A DNA stretch of 32,000 bases from an uncultured Gammaproteobacteria bacterium (GTDB lineage: Bacteria; Patescibacteriota; Microgenomatia; Daviesbacterales; UBA10151), in NCBI GenBank assembly GCA_964360965.1, contig CAYHYM010000006.1, positions 6,606-38,605 on the forward strand. Direction: 5' to 3'. The position numbers were made by a program, and so were the translations under genes. Of this stretch, positions 31,194 through 32,000 are shown one piece after another. Position 1 is the stretch's first letter, and every line of letters starts with the position of its first letter. The notes beneath the pieces are model-generated. The model was not told the origin of the DNA. It ran no database searches and saw nothing but the letters and a program-made list of their open reading frames with translations.

Positions 31194-32000
31194 TTACCTA
31201 AAATAATCAAGTCTCATAGCCTTCTTAACCTCTAACAAAGTTTTTTGGGCTTCTGATCTGGCTTTTTCAGTTCCCTCTTTTAAGATCCGTTCGACAAGCT
31301 TAGGATCTCGCTCGAAACGAGCTCGATTTTCTCTGATAGGCTGCAGGAAATTATTTAAAACTTTTATCAGGTACTTTTTTACCTCAATATCACCAACTTG
31401 GCCTTTTGTATAAGCCTCTTTAAATTTGCCTATCTGAGCTCTATCACTCTCAGCACCAAAGGCATCCAGATAAATAAATACAGGGTTTCCTTCCACGGTC
31501 CCCGGGTCTGTTGGGTGTATTCTTTTCGGATCTGTATACATGCTCATGACCTTCTTTTCTACCTCTTCTTCGGAATCTGTCAGGAAAATAGCATTATTCA
31601 AGGATTTTCCCATTTTTCCTTGTCCGTCAGTACCTGGTAAAGTTGGTACTTCCCCTATTAAAGGTTCTGGAATTGGAAAAACATCTCCGTATAGATTATT
31701 GAATTTGATCGCCATATCTCTGGCAAATTCTACATGAGCCTTTTGATCCTTACCCACAGGCACTAAATTTGCTCTTGGAGTCAAAATATCAGCAGCCATA
31801 AGTACCGGGTAATAGAATAATCCTACAGTGTCTTGCTCTCCATGATCCAGCTTTTCTTTTAGAGCAGGCTGTCTTTCTAAAAGTGGTCTGGGTGTTAATA
31901 AACTTAAGAAATAGGCTAATTCAACTATTTCAGGAATTTTAGACTGCAGACAAAAAGTTACCTTATTAGGATCCAAACCAACTGATAAATATCCCAGCAT
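31194..32000 (-). CDS. trpS: Tryptophanyl-tRNA synthetase, C-terminal part (the gene continues beyond the window)
   Basis: GLDPNKVTFCLQSKIPE, VPVGKDQKAHVEFARDMAIKFN and the KMSKS-type loop GKMGKSLNNAIFL. The ORF is open to the window edge. Confidence 0.85.
   Translation of the reverse strand: MLGYLSVGLDPNKVTFCLQSKIPEIVELAYFLSLLTPRPLLERQPALKEKLDHGEQDTVGLFYYPVLMAADILTPRANLVPVGKDQKAHVEFARDMAIKFNNLYGDVFPIPEPLIGEVPTLPGTDGQGKMGKSLNNAIFLTDSEEEVEKKVMSMYTDPKRIHPTDPGTVEGNPVFIYLDAFGAESDRAQIGKFKEAYTKGQVGDIEVKKYLIKVLNNFLQPIRENRARFERDPKLVERILKEGTEKARSEAQKTLLEVKKAMRLDYFR

Overview
This is an AT-rich, very gene-dense bacterial chromosomal window with about 35 protein-coding genes, most on the minus strand. 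I could not recognise any rRNA, tRNA, CRISPR array, transposase or integrase. The gene content suggests a small-genome uncultivated lineage such as CPR/Patescibacteria. That is an inference from the LigI-type ATP-dependent ligase, EndoQ-like PHP nuclease, archaeal-style isopentenyl phosphate kinase plus type-2 IDI, FN3 surface proteins, and pervasive ATGA/TAATG stop-start junctions.

Gene content in order:
- Two secreted surface proteins (2-2073).
- A six-gene isoprenoid island (2080-7577): uppS, a trans-prenyl synthase, ispH, type-2 IDI, IPK and a second divergent cis-prenyltransferase.
- A long minus-strand gene string (7592-14170): ZIP transporter, DUF3105, DsbA-like protein, Pth, a phosphoribosyltransferase, EndoQ-like nuclease and ATP-dependent DNA ligase.
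- GGDEF, Fic and DedA-like genes and a small membrane protein (14249-17172).
- RecF, MFS transporter, alpha/beta hydrolase, Fpg, GT4 glycosyltransferase and a membrane protein (17169-23047).
- A membrane-anchored hypothetical protein (23148-23864).
- A minus-strand string (23908-32000): putative phosphoesterase, small anchored protein, PolA, secreted helical protein, FtsH, tRNA-binding protein, BrnA/BrnT toxin-antitoxin pair and a partial TrpRS.

There is no recognisable defence island. The most unusual feature is a superfamily of GC-rich palindromic mini-elements with GTCAT...ATGAC termini. Six full copies are embedded without stop codons in housekeeping ORFs: DUF3105, EndoQ, ligase, Fpg, GT4 and PolA. 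Solo arms and fragments occur in Fpg, PolA, Pth and intergenic DNA. The two 75-bp copies differ by compensatory substitutions that preserve both hairpins.

Secondary points of interest:
- An apparently circularly permuted DsbA domain.
- An IspH homologue sitting next to alternative-mevalonate genes.
- A PolA with no 3'-5' exonuclease-like domain.
- A ligase-EndoQ operon.
- ACGT-core palindromes flanking one gene.

Several starts in the supplied longest-ORF track (TTG/GTG) are probably too long and are corrected here.
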